From the NCBI GenBank assembly GCA_951406725.2, contig OX597814.1, positions 100,502,001-100,566,000 of the forward strand: DNA of 64,000 bases, given 5' to 3'. Positions 26,826-42,360 of this stretch are shown one piece after another. Below the pieces are notes generated by a model that worked only from the letters and a program-made list of their open reading frames with translations, was not told the origin of the DNA and searched no databases. This DNA is from Octopus vulgaris. Taxonomy: Eukaryota. The position numbers and the translations under genes were made by a program. The number at the start of each line of letters is the position of its first letter. The stretch's first letter is position 1.

Positions 26826-28200
26826 GATTACGTACTTTTGAAAGTTAGTCTAGACAAATGTATATAAAGTTAGTGAAGGTAAATGCTAATGACCACCTCG
26901 AATATCAGAAACAGATAAACACAAGATTGTGGCTGAAGAAAGGCTACGTATTACTTTAGAGAATTAGATGTCCACCTATTAAATTTGTTTGAAGAATATT
27001 TTTTTGAATAATTGGTTACAGATTTCCGATGCCAGGAGCTGTGGCTGATAAAGACGTTGGAAAACTGAGTTTATTTATTGAACAGATCAGAATACTAAAA
27101 TCGTCAAAGGAAAGTGCAAAACATAAGAATTCTTACATGTATACACACAAGTATATATCCGTAAAAGTACGGAAGCGTGTATACGTATATACATAAATGT
27201 ATACATACGCGCTTAAATGCCCAGAGCCAGAAGAAATATTTAAGAACTGCTTTCTTCATGCAGAAAAAAAAATAGAAGCGAACTTAATTTATGATATTAA
27301 TGAGCAACTTGTGGTTATTATTAAGGAATATATAAATAAATAATGAGGAAGGTCAGTAAAAAAAATGGAATCTTTGAAGTATTTTTATTTAATTATTTAT
27401 GAAAAAATAAACGAAGAACAAAAGAAAGTTTTGGAATAAATCTAATTCTTTAGCAGCCCGAGGATGATATCGTCTGAACGTGTGACTCTCCGAAAGAAGA
27501 AATTATGAGAATATTAAAGACAAAATATTTCATCAGTTTCATTCAGCTGACTCAAACTTTTGTACCTTGCGGCTTTATTTTACGCATTCCTTAAAAGGGA
27601 ATTTCTAGAGCAGAGATTTACAAACATCCATACACACTAACAAAGAAATAATACACGCACTGAAAAAGTAATAAATCTTCGCTTAGTCCATAATACTAGC
27701 AGTTGTTTAGAAGCAAGTGTTGTGTAACAAGGGCTAGCCTCAAGCAAATTCTAATTCTGATATGGCATTTATCTTTCATTGAATTATTTCAGTTTCATTA
27801 CTTTTTAACCAAAAGAGCGGCATGAATGCCACAAAACTCTATGCAACCAAACCTTAAATGTCCTTTGTGCTTTGTCGAAAAGATCCTTATTATCCTTAAA
27901 GATGGTAAACTATAATGGTCTATTTTATTTAAAGTATTGTATAGGCTAATGATGTCATTATTTGTAAAAGAAAATATCATGATTATATATTCGATACTTT
28001 AGAGTTATTGAACTCTTTTGCCTTTTATTTTGGTAGGCAGTCACAAATAGAGAGAATAAACAGGGTGAATCATTTAACTGGAGAGTTATTATTTTTATTT
28101 TCACGTACTTCATTCATTTAAGTTGTTTCTTTAAGCAGTTGCTAAAGGAAATATAACACACACACACACGCACACATACAAACAAACAAACAAACACATA

Positions 28201-28247
<47 letters not shown>

Positions 28248-29184
28248 GTATACGCATAAGCACACACAGGAGCACACGCACATACACACACACATAAATA
28301 TATATGCACGTACTTGCAAATTCCAATACATAGAGCATTATATCAGTATAGTTTAGTGAAATTACCCCGAATATAGCTGGTAGCCTAAATATTTTGCTAG
28401 TGAATGAAAGTCACTTGATCAGAATTTAAGAGAAGGAAACTAGATATCCTCATAGTCTACTCTTCCGCTGAAATTAAAATCAACATAAAAACCGGAAACG
28501 AATATATGTAAGACGTTGAATTCGCTAAATTTCATTCAGATTAAAATCACTTTATTAACTAATTTTCCGGTTATTTGATTTAGATACTGGCAACTATTAT
28601 GTTAATTTTTGTTATTAATTTAAATTAAATGGAAAGCGAAATGTTTTTTCGGTTACATGTAAAGAACTAAAACTGTTAAATAAAAGTTGAGTCATGTGAC
28701 TTAAGATTATATTACTAGTTCTAGTTTGCCAGAAATACTGACATTCTCGTTATCCCCATTAAAGTCGTTTCTGAATTGCGATGCTTCCGCATCTGCTTTG
28801 GTGTATTTCTTAAGCGTCTTTTATATCCATAGTTGAGCTTCGCTACATGCATGGTTTTGATCCGAGTATAACTCAATATCACCATACTCAGCACTGTGCT
28901 ACTCCTATTCTTATTTTGTGCTACTGTTTGTTTGAAGGCTGATGAGGATATAGCTTGTCAGAGAAAGCCGACTACCAATCCTATCTTCGTTTTGTTTGAT
29001 TTCAAATGGATTACGTAGAGGGATCGGAGTAGGGCTTAACAGAAATGTTTTAGCTGTTTTAATTCCTCTGGCTCTCTCACTAGTCTCAGAGACCATGAAA
29101 GTAGCATGGACGCTGCCTTCTTGTATCGACTAAATCATTCAAAATATCAACAAACACTTCTATATTTCCTAACTTATGTATGCA

Positions 29185-29245
<61 letters not shown>

Positions 29246-29272
29246 CTACTGAACAATAATAATAATAATAAC

Positions 29273-29353
<81 letters not shown>

Positions 29354-29399
29354 AAGAAGAAGAAGAAGAAGAAGAAGAAGAAGAAGAAGAGGAGGAGGA

Positions 29400-29970
29400 A
29401 TCACATTTCGCTCCTCTGGAACTTCATTATTCAAACTGAAAGAAAGATAGATGCGAATAGGCCAGACATTATATTGAAAGACTTCAGACAAAAACCATGC
29501 CTCCTCATTAATATGACTGTCCCAGTCGATATAAATGTATCTGTCAAGATGTACCCAAAACTGAGCATTTATAAAGATCTTGAAATGAAAATTGGTAAAA
29601 AGTGGAACCTCAAGACTAAAACAATATCTGCTGTCGCAGGTGCCCTTGGAATGATAGCAAAAGGGGTTGATTGCTACCTAGCTAAAACGAACAGGAAACA
29701 CCAAAATGGCAGAAATTCAAAGGATTGTGCTCATGGGAACTGCCCATATCCTGCGAAAAATACTGTATGTGTAATCTCAAATTGTACAACCAGCTCATAA
29801 TTTTCTTATATTTTCTTAAACAGTCTCTAGAACAACATTAAGTGCAAAACCAAATATATGACACCCTAGGCATACACCAACATGAACTTCTAACTTGTTG
29901 TCTCTTGAGGTTTCTGGGTGAGACATGGAGCCAACTTGTACAAATACAAAAGCAAAAGTCAAACATATAA
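29400..29970 (+). mobile_element. RLE-type (R4/Dong-like) LINE 3' fragment with restriction-like endonuclease domain, family 3
   Basis: ISLLWNFIIQTERKIDANRPDIILKDFRQKPCLLINMTVP..KLSIYKDLE..GALGMI shows the RPD..D..P..K..KY RLE signature (degenerate, later frameshifted); flanked by (AAT)n/(AAG)n. Confidence 0.9.
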
Positions 29971-29988
29971 TGATAATAATACTAATAC

Positions 29989-30042
<54 letters not shown>

Positions 30043-30073
30043 TAATAATAATAATAATAATAATAATGATAAT

Positions 30074-30456
30074 AAATGCCCTGATGCAGTACCAGGCAGT
30101 GGCTCTCGTGGCTTCTGATCTTAACTGATTGGAAGTGTTATCATATATATTGTTTTGTCTTGGTATAAATGATGGGCTACAGCAAATATTCTGCTCAATA
30201 CCACAGATTTGCTTGTCAGCTGTTTGACCGTAACCAGTTGAGCATGTCCCTTAGTGGCTGACGATATGTGCATCTCTGATCACGAGCAGATGTAGTGGGG
30301 AACATCATGGCCATGTGTTGAGAAGGATTCTTTGGGGTTTGAATAATTCACCTCTGGAAATATGGGTATTTTGTTCAACATCCTTATTCAACAACCCTTA
30401 CTCAGGGATCTTTTGAGCGGGATGTGTTACTCGACCAGAAGAAAATTCTAACTGGG
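30074..30456 (+). mobile_element. Non-coding (TAA)n-associated interspersed repeat, partial copy
   Basis: Matches the 5' two-thirds of 12143-12700; starts directly after (TAA)n. Confidence 0.8.
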
Positions 30457-30584
30457 TGGGACTCTATTAAACATGTTGTGTTACATCCATTTTGCAGTCT
30501 GGGTCTCACCAGGTACATCGATACATAAATTTGTTTCGCTAAAGATCCTGAGTTTTGGCTCTTATGTTCTTATGTGCCCGTCTG

Positions 30585-30955
30585 TTTTGGGAATGAAACA
30601 TTGCTACAATTTTCAATTATTATTATCTTTCTGTGAGGATCGCAAGCATTTGTAAACACAAGCAAATAACTATTGATAAAAATAAATTGCAGGGGAAGTA
30701 AATAGAAGGACAGGGGTGGATAGAGTCACATTGCGTCGAAGACAAAGGAATAGTGCTAGAAAAAAGAAAGAGAACGATATATTCAAACTAGAATGTCTAG
30801 AGGGCGAAAGATTGTTTAGCTAGGTAGCTTAGGTCGGGATTCGCAAACGCATGCTCGTACATACACTCAGCAGTTATTTGCCTGTATAAATATTTGCAAT
30901 TCTTATAGAAAGATAATACTAATTGGAAATTGTAGCAACATTTCATTTCCTAACC
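30585..30955. mobile_element. Unclassified MITE/foldback with about 90-bp imperfect inverted arms
   Basis: GGAATGAAACATTGCTACAATTTTCAATTA..GCAAATAACT (about 30585-30677) is complementary to AGTTATTTGC..TAATTGGAAATTGTAGCAACATTTCATTTCC (about 30868-30955). Confidence 0.6.
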
Positions 30956-31037
30956 AGACATTTCATTTCCTAAACACTTCAACACACTAATCGACATATA
31001 CCCATTAATCCAAAATATATATATATGCTTACATACG

Positions 31038-31093
<56 letters not shown>

Positions 31094-31381
31094 AGGAGAA
31101 TGTTCTTTGTGTTGTTTGTCTTGTACTCTGTTTTTTCGTTGTTAAAAAAAGTCCGTTTCGTTGTTTTGTTTTTGTTTTCGTTTCTCGTTGTGTTCTACGT
31201 TTATTTGTGGTGTCCTGTACCCATATATGCATGTATATATACATATAGATGTAGGTATGTACATATATGTATGTATGCATATGTTTTATTTATGAAATTG
31301 TTATATATATATATATACACACACATATGCATATATATATATATAAAACTCTACGTTTTTGTGTGTATGTATATATGTACG

Positions 31382-31451
<70 letters not shown>

Positions 31452-32174
31452 TGTATGTATGTATGTATAGATATGTGTTTATGCATGTATGTGTATGCAT
31501 ATACATATATATTTATATATATATATATATATTTGTGTGTGTGTGTATGTATGCGCGTATGTATGTAGGAATGTATGTATGTATGTATGTATGTATGTAT
31601 GTATGTATGTATGTATGTATGTATGTATGTATGTATCTTGCGGAAGTATCAATCGTTGCATTAAGTAACAGGATGTTAACAAAAGTTTATAATGTGATAT
31701 AATATATTTTGTGGTCATACCACATTCAACAATAACTAATAATTGTGTCTCTTTTAAAGAATTGATATTTTAATTAGCACTTTCAATTAAGCATAGATAT
31801 ATGATTGGGTGGCTTTAATACCTTTTAAAGAGATATTAACAGCTGAAGTGAAATATGTTATGTTAAACAGGAAACGAAACCGATTCTTAAAAAGTATTAA
31901 GCTGGGGAGGTACCCAGTTTTTGAAAAAACTAGTATTTCCTGAATTCAAATTAAAACACAACAGCACAGTTTATATCGGCCCGCCAATAGTTTTGGAGTT
32001 TTTTTAATTTTATGTATTTATTTTCATTTCATTTCATGCATTTTGTGAAGATTAATTTTGAATCCCTTCCTTTTTGTAGTTGCATTTGTTGTTGTTTTTG
32101 TTGTTGTTGTTGTAGTTCTTCTTCTTCTTCTTCTTCTTCTTCTTCTTCTTCTTCTTCTTCTTCTTCTTCTTCTT

Positions 32175-32265
<91 letters not shown>

Positions 32266-32267
<2 letters not shown>

Positions 32268-32672
32268 TTAATATCTCGGCGAAAGAGTTTGACAAGCTCA
32301 GAAAATATAAAGACCTGCTCATTGAAATAGAGAAAATGTGGCATCTCAAGGCGGTTACAATACCAGTGATCGTAGGAGCACTAGGAATGATCAAGAAGGG
32401 AACCGAAAATTATATGAGAATGATCCCTGGCTTACCATCCCAACAAGAAATGCAAAATATTCTCTTAGCTGGTACATCACACGTATTGAGAAGAGCATTG
32501 TCGCTGTGAGAGCTGTTACTGCCCATGTATTTTAATTTAACCTTAAAAAAATAAAAAAGAACGAACTATTGAGTTTGGTTTAATGGCCTACCAATGTATA
32601 CTATGAGTTTCTTTGCCCTAGGAGACGGGAAGACGCTCAGCAAGAAATGGAAGCAAATTTGAAAGAAGAAGA
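32266..32672 (+). mobile_element. RLE-type LINE 3' fragment, family 4
   Basis: NISAKEFDKLRKYKDLLIEIEKMWHLKAVTIPVIVGALGMIKKG..LLAGTSHVLRRALSL* (stop at 32509), uninterrupted; (TAA)n on both sides. Confidence 0.9.
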
Positions 32673-33646
32673 AAAAAAAAACAAAAAAAAAATAATAATA
32701 ATAATACCATTATTTATCTTTGCTATGTCGATAGTTGCGCTTTGCTTGCAAACACAGATTAAACTTAACCATTAATTCGTAGATTAAGAATGACAGATAA
32801 TCTTAATTTCTTGAAAATATCTCCTTTATTACTTTTGAAGTGCCGTATTTAATCTTATGACTGATGCACGAACATATTAGAGGCAGCCAAATATTAGCAG
32901 CACGTAGTCAAGAAAATGTTAGCGTCAGGGTTAAAATTAGAGTGGTGCAATTTTATGCCGCTTCGCTAATTTGCTTTCTTTCTCCATCAATAAAGGAATT
33001 TACAATTCATCAAGAACCTTTTTCGTACGTCATTCAGTATACCAGCTCTTTAGTGATAACAAAATTTTCTTAATAAAACATCAAAGTAAATTTTTAATCA
33101 CTACGCAATTGTTTATATTTTTGAAGTCTGTTAACAAGTTTTACATCTTTTTACTTCATGTAATTTTTAATTACATAGTTTTCAGTAGGTTTTCGGTTGA
33201 CCCTTTGTGACCTGATTTGAAGTACTGCCAAAGTAAACTTAAACCTTTCATCATCTCGAGATCCATAAAAAAAGAATTTGTCTACAGTCCATGGCACTAG
33301 AATGGTAGAACTCTAAGAATGTCTTTTCACTAAGTTAAACTCTTGCCACGGCTTACTTAGGAAGTAAACTTAATATATTGCCCGAAGTAACTTCATTATC
33401 TGGCACCTTGCGTGCTTTCAACAGTGTCCACCCTATTGCAAGTATTTGAGTCAGGTTTCTGGTTCAAGGATTCATTCCACCATTCCTCACTTCTCGTTGC
33501 TCTCGAAATGTACTATCAAAGGTCACGGGCTTTGATTTTCCCACTGAAGATGTAAAAATGCAAACATATTGCTATACATCATTAAATAATCTTTGGGTAA
33601 TTAACATTTTAGATGTAATTCAGAACACTTGAAATGGTTCTTTGAC

Positions 33647-33812
33647 AGGCGCAGGAGTGGCCTGTGTGGTAAGTAGCTTGCTTACCAACCATATGGTTCA
33701 GTCCCACTGCGTGGCACCTTGGGCAAGTGTTTTCTACTATAGCCTTGGGCCAACCAAAGCCTTGTGAGTGGATTTGATAGACGGAAATTGAAGGAAGCCC
33801 GTCATATATATG

Positions 33813-33846
<34 letters not shown>

Positions 33847-34062
33847 AGTGTGTGTGTATGTTTATGTGTCTGTATTTGTCCCCCCAACATCGCTTGACAA
33901 CCGATACTGGTGTGTTTACGTCCCCGTAACTTAGCGGTTCGGCAAGAGAGATCGATAGAATAAGTACTAGGCTTACAAAGAATAAGTTCTTGGGTCGATT
34001 TGCTCGACTAAAGGCGGTGCTCCAGCATGGTCGCAGTCAAATGACTGAAACAAATAAAAGAG
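33647..34062 (+). mobile_element. SINE family A, near full length
   Basis: Matches the family A consensus, with a small deletion in the head. Confidence 0.9.
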
Positions 34063-34525
34063 CAAAAAAATTATCACGCAAATTCTATATGAGAATGATG
34101 TCTAAATGAACTAAATTTATAAAAATATTTTGCTTCTCTAAATTCTTTAATCAAAAGCATCTTAACACTTGTAAACCTAATAATCTATTAAGCAATAACA
34201 CATTTCACTTCCGTTTTTCAAATCCTATGAAGAGTTATAGAGAAATGGTCAAACAAATTTTATGCTTAATTAAGTAATACGTTTAAGCCCTTGATTAGAT
34301 GATAAAATTAATAATTGTATAATTTAACATCATTTTGACTAATACTGTATTCAGAATAATGTCTGTAAATCCAACGCAAAGAATGTATCTGTGTGCATGT
34401 ATATAACCCTATATAATATGTGTGTATTTATATATGTATATAGACATATACATACAAATGAATGTACGGATATATATTTATATATGTATATATGTAAGTA
34501 AGAATATATAAGTGAGTGTGTATGT

Positions 34526-34592
<67 letters not shown>

Positions 34593-37346
34593 AATATATA
34601 AGTGCGTGTGTATGTGTACAAACACACGTGTGTATATATATATACATATATATATGTGTGTGTGTGAGTAAGTATATGTATACATGTAGGTATGAACGAA
34701 TGAATGTTTATAAGTATGTATTTTGTGCAATTACAATTACATTGCATCACAGAACATTTGACGGCAAATAATCCTCATTCGGTATCATGCTGTTAAACGT
34801 AAAGTTTGCTATTCATATAAGAATTATATAAATCTCGGTGAGGTTTTAACGTAGTTATGCAATTTGCATTAATTAATATACAGCAGTGTGCAAGATATGT
34901 CGTATTTGTGGTATTTTTATTTTGCAAATAACCAAGCAGTCCTGATTGGATTATTAGATCATTAATGTTTTATATTTTTGTAACACAGTTAGTTTCCTTG
35001 GATAAATCCCTTCACCTACTTACATCTAAGAGAATGTAATTAGTTGTTTGAACCTTTTACCAATGTTTCAATGTTACCAACACAAAATGCTTTTCAGTCC
35101 AAACTATGTAACAGCAAGCAGATCGATATTTTTGTTGTCATTGATTAGCACTAATCGAAGAGAACACTTATCAAGGACATCCCAGCTTTGTCTATTCCGA
35201 ATTTGAATAAATGTATATCCCAAACTACATCGTACAATGTGAGTATTCTTTTTAAAAATAAAAAAATTGTGTGCGCAAGGTCACTTCAAATATATTTGTC
35301 TGCTCTTCCTACGCATATGATACCACGGCACACATATTCTTTCGCTGGTTTTTCAAATATATTCTAAAAGTAACGGGAAAAATAACATAAAAATGTTTCA
35401 TTATTCTGAGTACTGCGTTTACATCCGCCAGCAGGAAAACTCTATATTAAAGTGATGTGGGTCGTATCCTATTTAGTTATCTCTATTCTAATTACTATCA
35501 AATCCGTGCTTAAGTTCCATGTGTTGAATTCAAAATCTAAATTCAAAATCTCACCAAGGTCAGCTTTACCACTCATCTTTCACGATGATACATTGGATGC
35601 AACATGTCTGGTATATTTGTCATAAATACAACTAAAATAACTGGGATTGCATTTGCAACCCTAGATCGTAACGAGTATTCTAATTAATAGCCGAACACCT
35701 TGTCATATCTAAAGTTTTGTATGTGTTTTTTGATTCCCAAATAACAAGCTATAACTCAAAATAAGATTTAGTTTCCACTCTACTTATATACAGGTGATTC
35801 TTTCTTTCTTAAACTCTTCACAACGAACTACCACAAGTAGTATGGGGTTCCCAAGTATTTAACACGATTGCTTACATCTGTTATAGTCTTAAATATATTT
35901 CCTCTATCACCTAATTTTTTAGATTTAACCATTCATGAATTAAATACATTGCACAATATTCTTCTCTTTCTTAAACTTCGTGTTTTTCTCTTCTCTTCAT
36001 TAATTGAAGCCAAAGCGGTATAATCTTTTATTATGGGTTAAGGATGATAAAGTTTAGGTTTCCTTCATAATAGAACAAAAAGAGAAGTTAGGTAATTTGA
36101 CAAATGTTCTTAGTTTAGTTAATGCCATCTCATTCAAATAGCACTAAGTGATGTGCTTCTGCTTCGGGTATTCTTCTAGTTGTTTAACTTTAATTCACCC
36201 GTCTATTGCATCACAATTTCTCACAGAATTTTTATTAAAAAAGCTAAAAAGCAGAGAAAGCATTTTGATGATTCTAGCAAATATTTTGTGAGTCTACAAA
36301 CACCCACGTACCCCCACGCATATATATATACATACATACAAACATACATACATATATATACATAAGTACTACTTATGGAAGTGTGTAAGCGTGTATGTAT
36401 GTATGCATACAAGCATGTATGCCTGTATGTATGTAAGCATGTATGTATATATGTATATAGAAGTATGTAGGTACGTATGTGTGCATACAAGTACGTATGC
36501 ATGTATTTAAGTTTAGATTTTTTATATATAAAGCGCACACATATATTTACACACATTTATACACAAATATGTATACACACACATACGCACCCGCACGAAT
36601 ATAAGCACATATATATGTTTTACACATTTCATTAATCGGGTTGCGTCCATGCTGGGGCACCGCCTGTATGCATATTTGTTTTTGTGTGTGCATAAAAATA
36701 CAGAGAGACAGAGAGAAAGCGGGAGTGAGAGAGTAAGTGAGAGAGAGGAGAGATTCTGAGATATATATGTTTATAAGGGAAGTATCCAATGCTATGAATG
36801 CTAGATTTGATTACCATATTTTCTCACCGCATAGTATTACGTTATCTAACCTGAAGTATGTCTCTGTATGTGTACGTTCGTTGAGTCATTGAACTCCGCT
36901 TCCTGCTTGATAGACAGAGGGTAGAACTTCTGTATGTTTATCCACGAACATATCACTGTATTGGTCACTGAGTTACCAAGGGGTACATGTACTTATATCA
37001 ATAATTATTCCACTGTTTAACATGGGATTAACAATAGATCATTAAATTATCTTGCTAGTGGATAAACAAGATATATTTTAATGATAATTTTAGGATTGAA
37101 TTCAAGGAGGACTCCCACAGAATTTGATATTGGAATGAAAAAACAAAATACCAGAAGATGGTTTGTTCGCTGCACTGCAGTTCACGCCTGCTTCCATGAC
37201 AACCATATCACTTGCTCTAAAATACATTCATGAAAAACTTATTAGGTGTGGCTATGCGATTGAGAAGCTCGCTTAGTTGCTACATGGTTTCGGGTTCAGT
37301 TCCACAGTGCGATACCATTGCATTTTTCACCTTCATTAACATGGCT

Positions 37347-37398
<52 letters not shown>

Positions 37399-38033
37399 AA
37401 ATATATAATTATATAAATATAATTATAATAAGGCCACTAATGAGTAGTGCCACATGCTAGAAATAGATGCCAAATGGCTCTAAGAACTACATTATTTATC
37501 ACATTGGCAAGGGCTGAAGGCGGGGGAAGTGAACAAAAAAGAATTTTTTTAAGTGTCTAACCATTGATCTATTTATAGTTTAAGGATATAACTCTCTTTA
37601 CTCTCATCAGTAGTGTACGACTCTATGTACATAATTATAAACACTTATACATATCCATACGAATTTCACCTATCCACAAGCGCATATACAAATGTTCACA
37701 TTTATATGGAAGCTAAATCTAATTCATTCACATTAGCCACGTGCGTATACGACCAAATGTAATACCGGGATGAATATATTGGTTGAAGTAGTTTATATTT
37801 GTATATCATTAAGGATAAAATATTTATAAGATTTCATAAGGTAGCCAACATGTAATAAGACCATATAGAAATCGATCTCTGGTTAATTTTGTTTTTCAAA
37901 TCCTTTTTGTTCACTTCCCTCGCTTTCACTCTGCGTCAATGTTTGTAAATAATGTATTTCTTAGAGCCGCTTGGTGACTATTTCTAGCATGTTGTGCTAC
38001 TCATTAATGGCCTTATTATAATTATATTTATGT

Positions 38034-38197
38034 AGGCGCAGGAGTGACTGTGTGGTAAGTAGCTTGCTTACAAACCACATTGTACCGGGTTCAGTCCCAC
38101 TGCGTGACACCTTGGGCAAGTGTCTTCTCCTATAACCTCGGGCCGACCAAAGCCTTGTGAGTGGATTTGGTAAACGGAAACTGAAAGAAGCCGGTCG

Positions 38198-38256
<59 letters not shown>

Positions 38257-38472
38257 ATGAGTGTGTGTGTATATGTTTGTGTGTGTGTCCCAACATCGCT
38301 TGACAACCGATGCTGGTGTGTCTACGTCCCCGTAACTTAGCGGTTCGGCAAAAGAGAACCGATAGAATACGTACTAGGCTTACAAATCCTGGGGTCGATT
38401 TGCTCGACAAAAAGCGGTACTCCAGCATGGCTATAGTCTAAATGACTGAAACAAGTAAAAGAGTAAAAGAGT
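38034..38472 (+). mobile_element. SINE family A, full length
   Basis: AGGCGCAGGAGTG head through the (GTAAAAGA)n tail. Confidence 0.92.
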
Positions 38473-39254
38473 AAGTAATTATATATTTTGTATTAATTGT
38501 TACTTATATGGTTTGATTTGTTTCAGTAGAAAATATAAGAAATTCCGTTTGTATCATCTAGAAACGACGTGTTTAAATTCGGTTTTTTTTTTTTCACTCG
38601 TTTATTCAAATACTGAAAGTGGTTCATAAACATGTGTTAGAAAGTAAACTACTGAATTACTCCCAGGGTAGCAGAGGTTGGATTTATACCTTAGTTTCAA
38701 ATTAAAATTTATCTTCTACTCCAAACTCACTAAGCATCTGCCCCAAGAGTCCTTTTCATTGGGGATAAGATATTAATTAACTTGTTTTGGAGGTAACATC
38801 CGTAAAAACTTTATCAACGGGGATTGAAACTAACTGCGATATACGAAACGCTAACTAATCGTAATATTTTTGACATGCTCAAAACCCATATACACACAAA
38901 GTCATATATTTTTGTGAATATATTTATTTGTTATTGTGTATAACAGATTTTTTTCTTTTTATCTATCTCTTGAAATATTTAATCATAGAGTAGTTTTTTT
39001 TCCGTGTGAGCGTATGTGTTGGTGGAATTCCCCTCCCTCATATATTAAGCTGAATTAATATTTAAGCATAAATTTTAGCTTAAATTACATCTAGATTATA
39101 CGGAAAAAACATGAATGAAGGATACATACATATTTATGTGTGTATGTATGTGTGTGAGAATGTACGTGCGTATTTATATGGGCACATACCATCTTTATAT
39201 ATATATTTATGCTTATATATGTTTTTGTGTGTATGCATGCATATATATGTATAT

Positions 39255-39320
<66 letters not shown>

Positions 39321-40091
39321 TCATATATATGTATATATATATATACACATAAATATATATATACATCTATACATACATATATGTGTGTGTGTGTATTATT
39401 TTCTTTTATTTATTTTTTATAATTTTTTATTTGTAAACTAATGTTTTTTCATGCAGAATTAAATTTCAACAAAAATTCTCTCCAAAATTGTATGTTTGAA
39501 AGATAAGGGGTGACAGTAAATTTTGCATTCTAAATATAGCTCAAAGAGGAGAAAAAGAAGGAATGAGGGGGAAAAAAGCAGAGATTTTTTCAGTGATGAC
39601 CACACCACACCTTTTTTTTCTTGAATAAGTCACCATCCTTAAACCCATTCCAATACAATGGTAAATGACTAAATAAATAAATGAATGGTGAATAGGAAGG
39701 AGGATCCTCCTTCTCTCTCTCCCTCTCTCTACCTATCTATCTCCCTGACTATCTATATATCTTTCTATCTATCTATCTATTTATCTATCAGCCTATCTAC
39801 CTACTTATATCTTTCTATATATCTTTCTATCTATCTATCTATCTCCATTGTCATGGAATCTCACCCCAAAAAGCAAAAAGAATATTCTCCTCTTCTAAAC
39901 AACTGCTCCCACCCCCAAAAAAAACAAACATCTACAAGTTATTCGTACATTCACAAAATTTTATTTGACAAGTTCGAGAAACGAACGAAACTCTAATAAT
40001 AATGAAGAAATAAAAAGATCTTTTCCAAAATCCTGACGACTTTCTTTCTCAATATCCAATTTCTGTACACCACACCTAACACACACACACA

Positions 40092-40137
<46 letters not shown>

Positions 40138-40151
40138 ATATATATATATAT

Positions 40152-40214
<63 letters not shown>

Positions 40215-40261
40215 TATACATTGTGTGTATGTGTGTGTGTACGTGCGTGTGTGTACTTTTG

Positions 40262-40605
40262 GTAGTTTAATCAGTGACTTGGGCTCCAAAATTAGTGTGA
40301 CTGCTGATGAATTCATTTGAAAGCGTAAATAACTATCGAAGTGTTCTTTACAGACCTCCATCTGTATACCTCGTACCTTTCAGAGATATTCTGATACAGT
40401 ATTTATATTCTGTCGGCCTGTTAACTGTGATAGTATTGTGGCCTTACTTGAGAGGGATAAAGGTAGCGTCTTTGGTAAGATGCACTAGCATTTAGTTTGC
40501 TGGTTAATGTATCTTTCAGTTCCACGGTTAGGCGCTAGTTTTTCCAGTATCTTCTATGCATTTATCACTGCGTATCTGCTGCGTCTTCTCTCTAATCCCA
40601 GGAGG
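40262..40605 (-). mobile_element. CR1-clade LINE 3' fragment, highly degenerate
   Basis: Minus strand translates LERRRSRYAVINA*KILEKLAPN, matching the CR1 ORF2 C-terminal SLERRRxRYxxIxxxKILxxLxPN motif. Confidence 0.65.
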
Positions 40606-42360
40606 TTGTGTGTGCATACATTTATATTATATATATATGTGTTTGTATGTATAGATGTACTAACATAATATACATAATATATATACACTTAAATATGTAC
40701 GTGTGTGTCCGTGTGTGTGAGTGTGTGTGTATGTATGTGCATGTGTGTGTGTTTGTGTGGCGTACTGAACCCTTCTGGAACACGTACGGCATTTCCTGGG
40801 CCAACTCCTCAATGATCCAAGGTTTAGCCATCGTGCCTACCGTCTCGATATAGGCAAGAGAGTTTCTTAATCAAGAATGACATGAAGTTAAAGACAAATA
40901 AATAAATAATTAAATAAATAAATAAATATTTAATAAATAAATAAATAAAAATCTAGCATGTTTTTGTTTTGCTAACCTAATCTGCTCCAGAAACATCGCT
41001 AGATTTTGATGTAGTGAATTCTATTGCAATATTATATTCGAAACATAATTTAATTAAATAAGTATTAAAATATAAGATGGTGAATTTTATTTAATTAACT
41101 AGTGGATACATTTGCAATGAGCCGTCTCTGCTTTGCAAAGAGGCTGAGCAGCAAATAAGAAACGGACTTACAATAGTAAAGTTTGTACCTTTCCTATAAA
41201 AACGTCAGGCACTTTCTCCATTGCATATAATGAAATATAACACTTGGAGAAAAAATTTTGAAAGCGATTATTAATTTAATATTTTAAATATATTCCTTGT
41301 AGTGAACTATTAGAGACAAGTAGATGATTAAATATGGCTTTCTGGTTTGAAAAATAATTCTATACACATTGTTTTGCATGTTCAAATGGTTTACTTCAAA
41401 ATAGACACAATAAATTCATTTTTGAAAAAGGTAAAAAATTTCAGTTTCCATGTCTTCGACACACAAAATACACTCGAGTTATTCCTGAAAATCTGTGGCG
41501 GAACAGCATGCACTACTGAGAATGATACATTCCAAAGTATGCTATTTACTGAAGTCCAAGCAATTATTTTTATATAGTATTTATGTAATCTATAAAAGGT
41601 AATATGATTATGTTGTAAGGTTAAACTGATCTGCTCCAACACAGTTTCTGAACAATTACATTTCGTATAATGCAGCCTGAGTTCCTAGTAACGTCAACGT
41701 TCTGACTGTTTCGTTGTTAATAAAGATTAAAATTAACACTTGGATCAATATTGTGTCTGATGTGGAGAAAGGACATAATGTTTAAATGCTTCCTAACGGC
41801 ATTGTTTTCAAACTGGAATATATGTACATACCGATTTCTCTATCAAATTCTTTCAAAGAAATTTTTTTTTCTACTCAGCAGATTAGCTTTATAGATCTCA
41901 AATTATTTAACACTTATTTTATTGTTGTTGTATATCTCACAATAGCTCTGCTTGGTCATACAGAGCGCATATGTAGTTTCGGTTGATCGAATACGTTTGA
42001 CGTCCAAATCTATTCTTAAAACATCATACTGTACACACCGGCACGCAGCAGAAGCTTACTTCTATGGAATGCAGAGTTGCTACGTGATAATATTTTATTC
42101 TCTTTATTGTCAGGTATTCCATACGATTTTTTACTGTCAGGTATTCCGTTGAATTTAAATGAATAAGAGCAGTAAAAGTTGTAAAAAAAAAATACTATTA
42201 CTTTGGCGTTAATTATATTGATAAAGAGATTCAAGTAAATTCCACCGCTTATCACTTATGTTGTTTTGCGATTCCTACCTAGACACTTGCCAAAATATTG
42301 CAAATTATTCTTTGCCTGACATCTGCGAATAGTTTTCACTAATTAATATTTCTAATAACT

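Noticed and set aside
31095-31225. T-rich segment ending GTCCTGTACCCATATAT, possibly another PLE-type tail
   Set aside because: No ribozyme core and no second copy in the window, so it cannot be supported.
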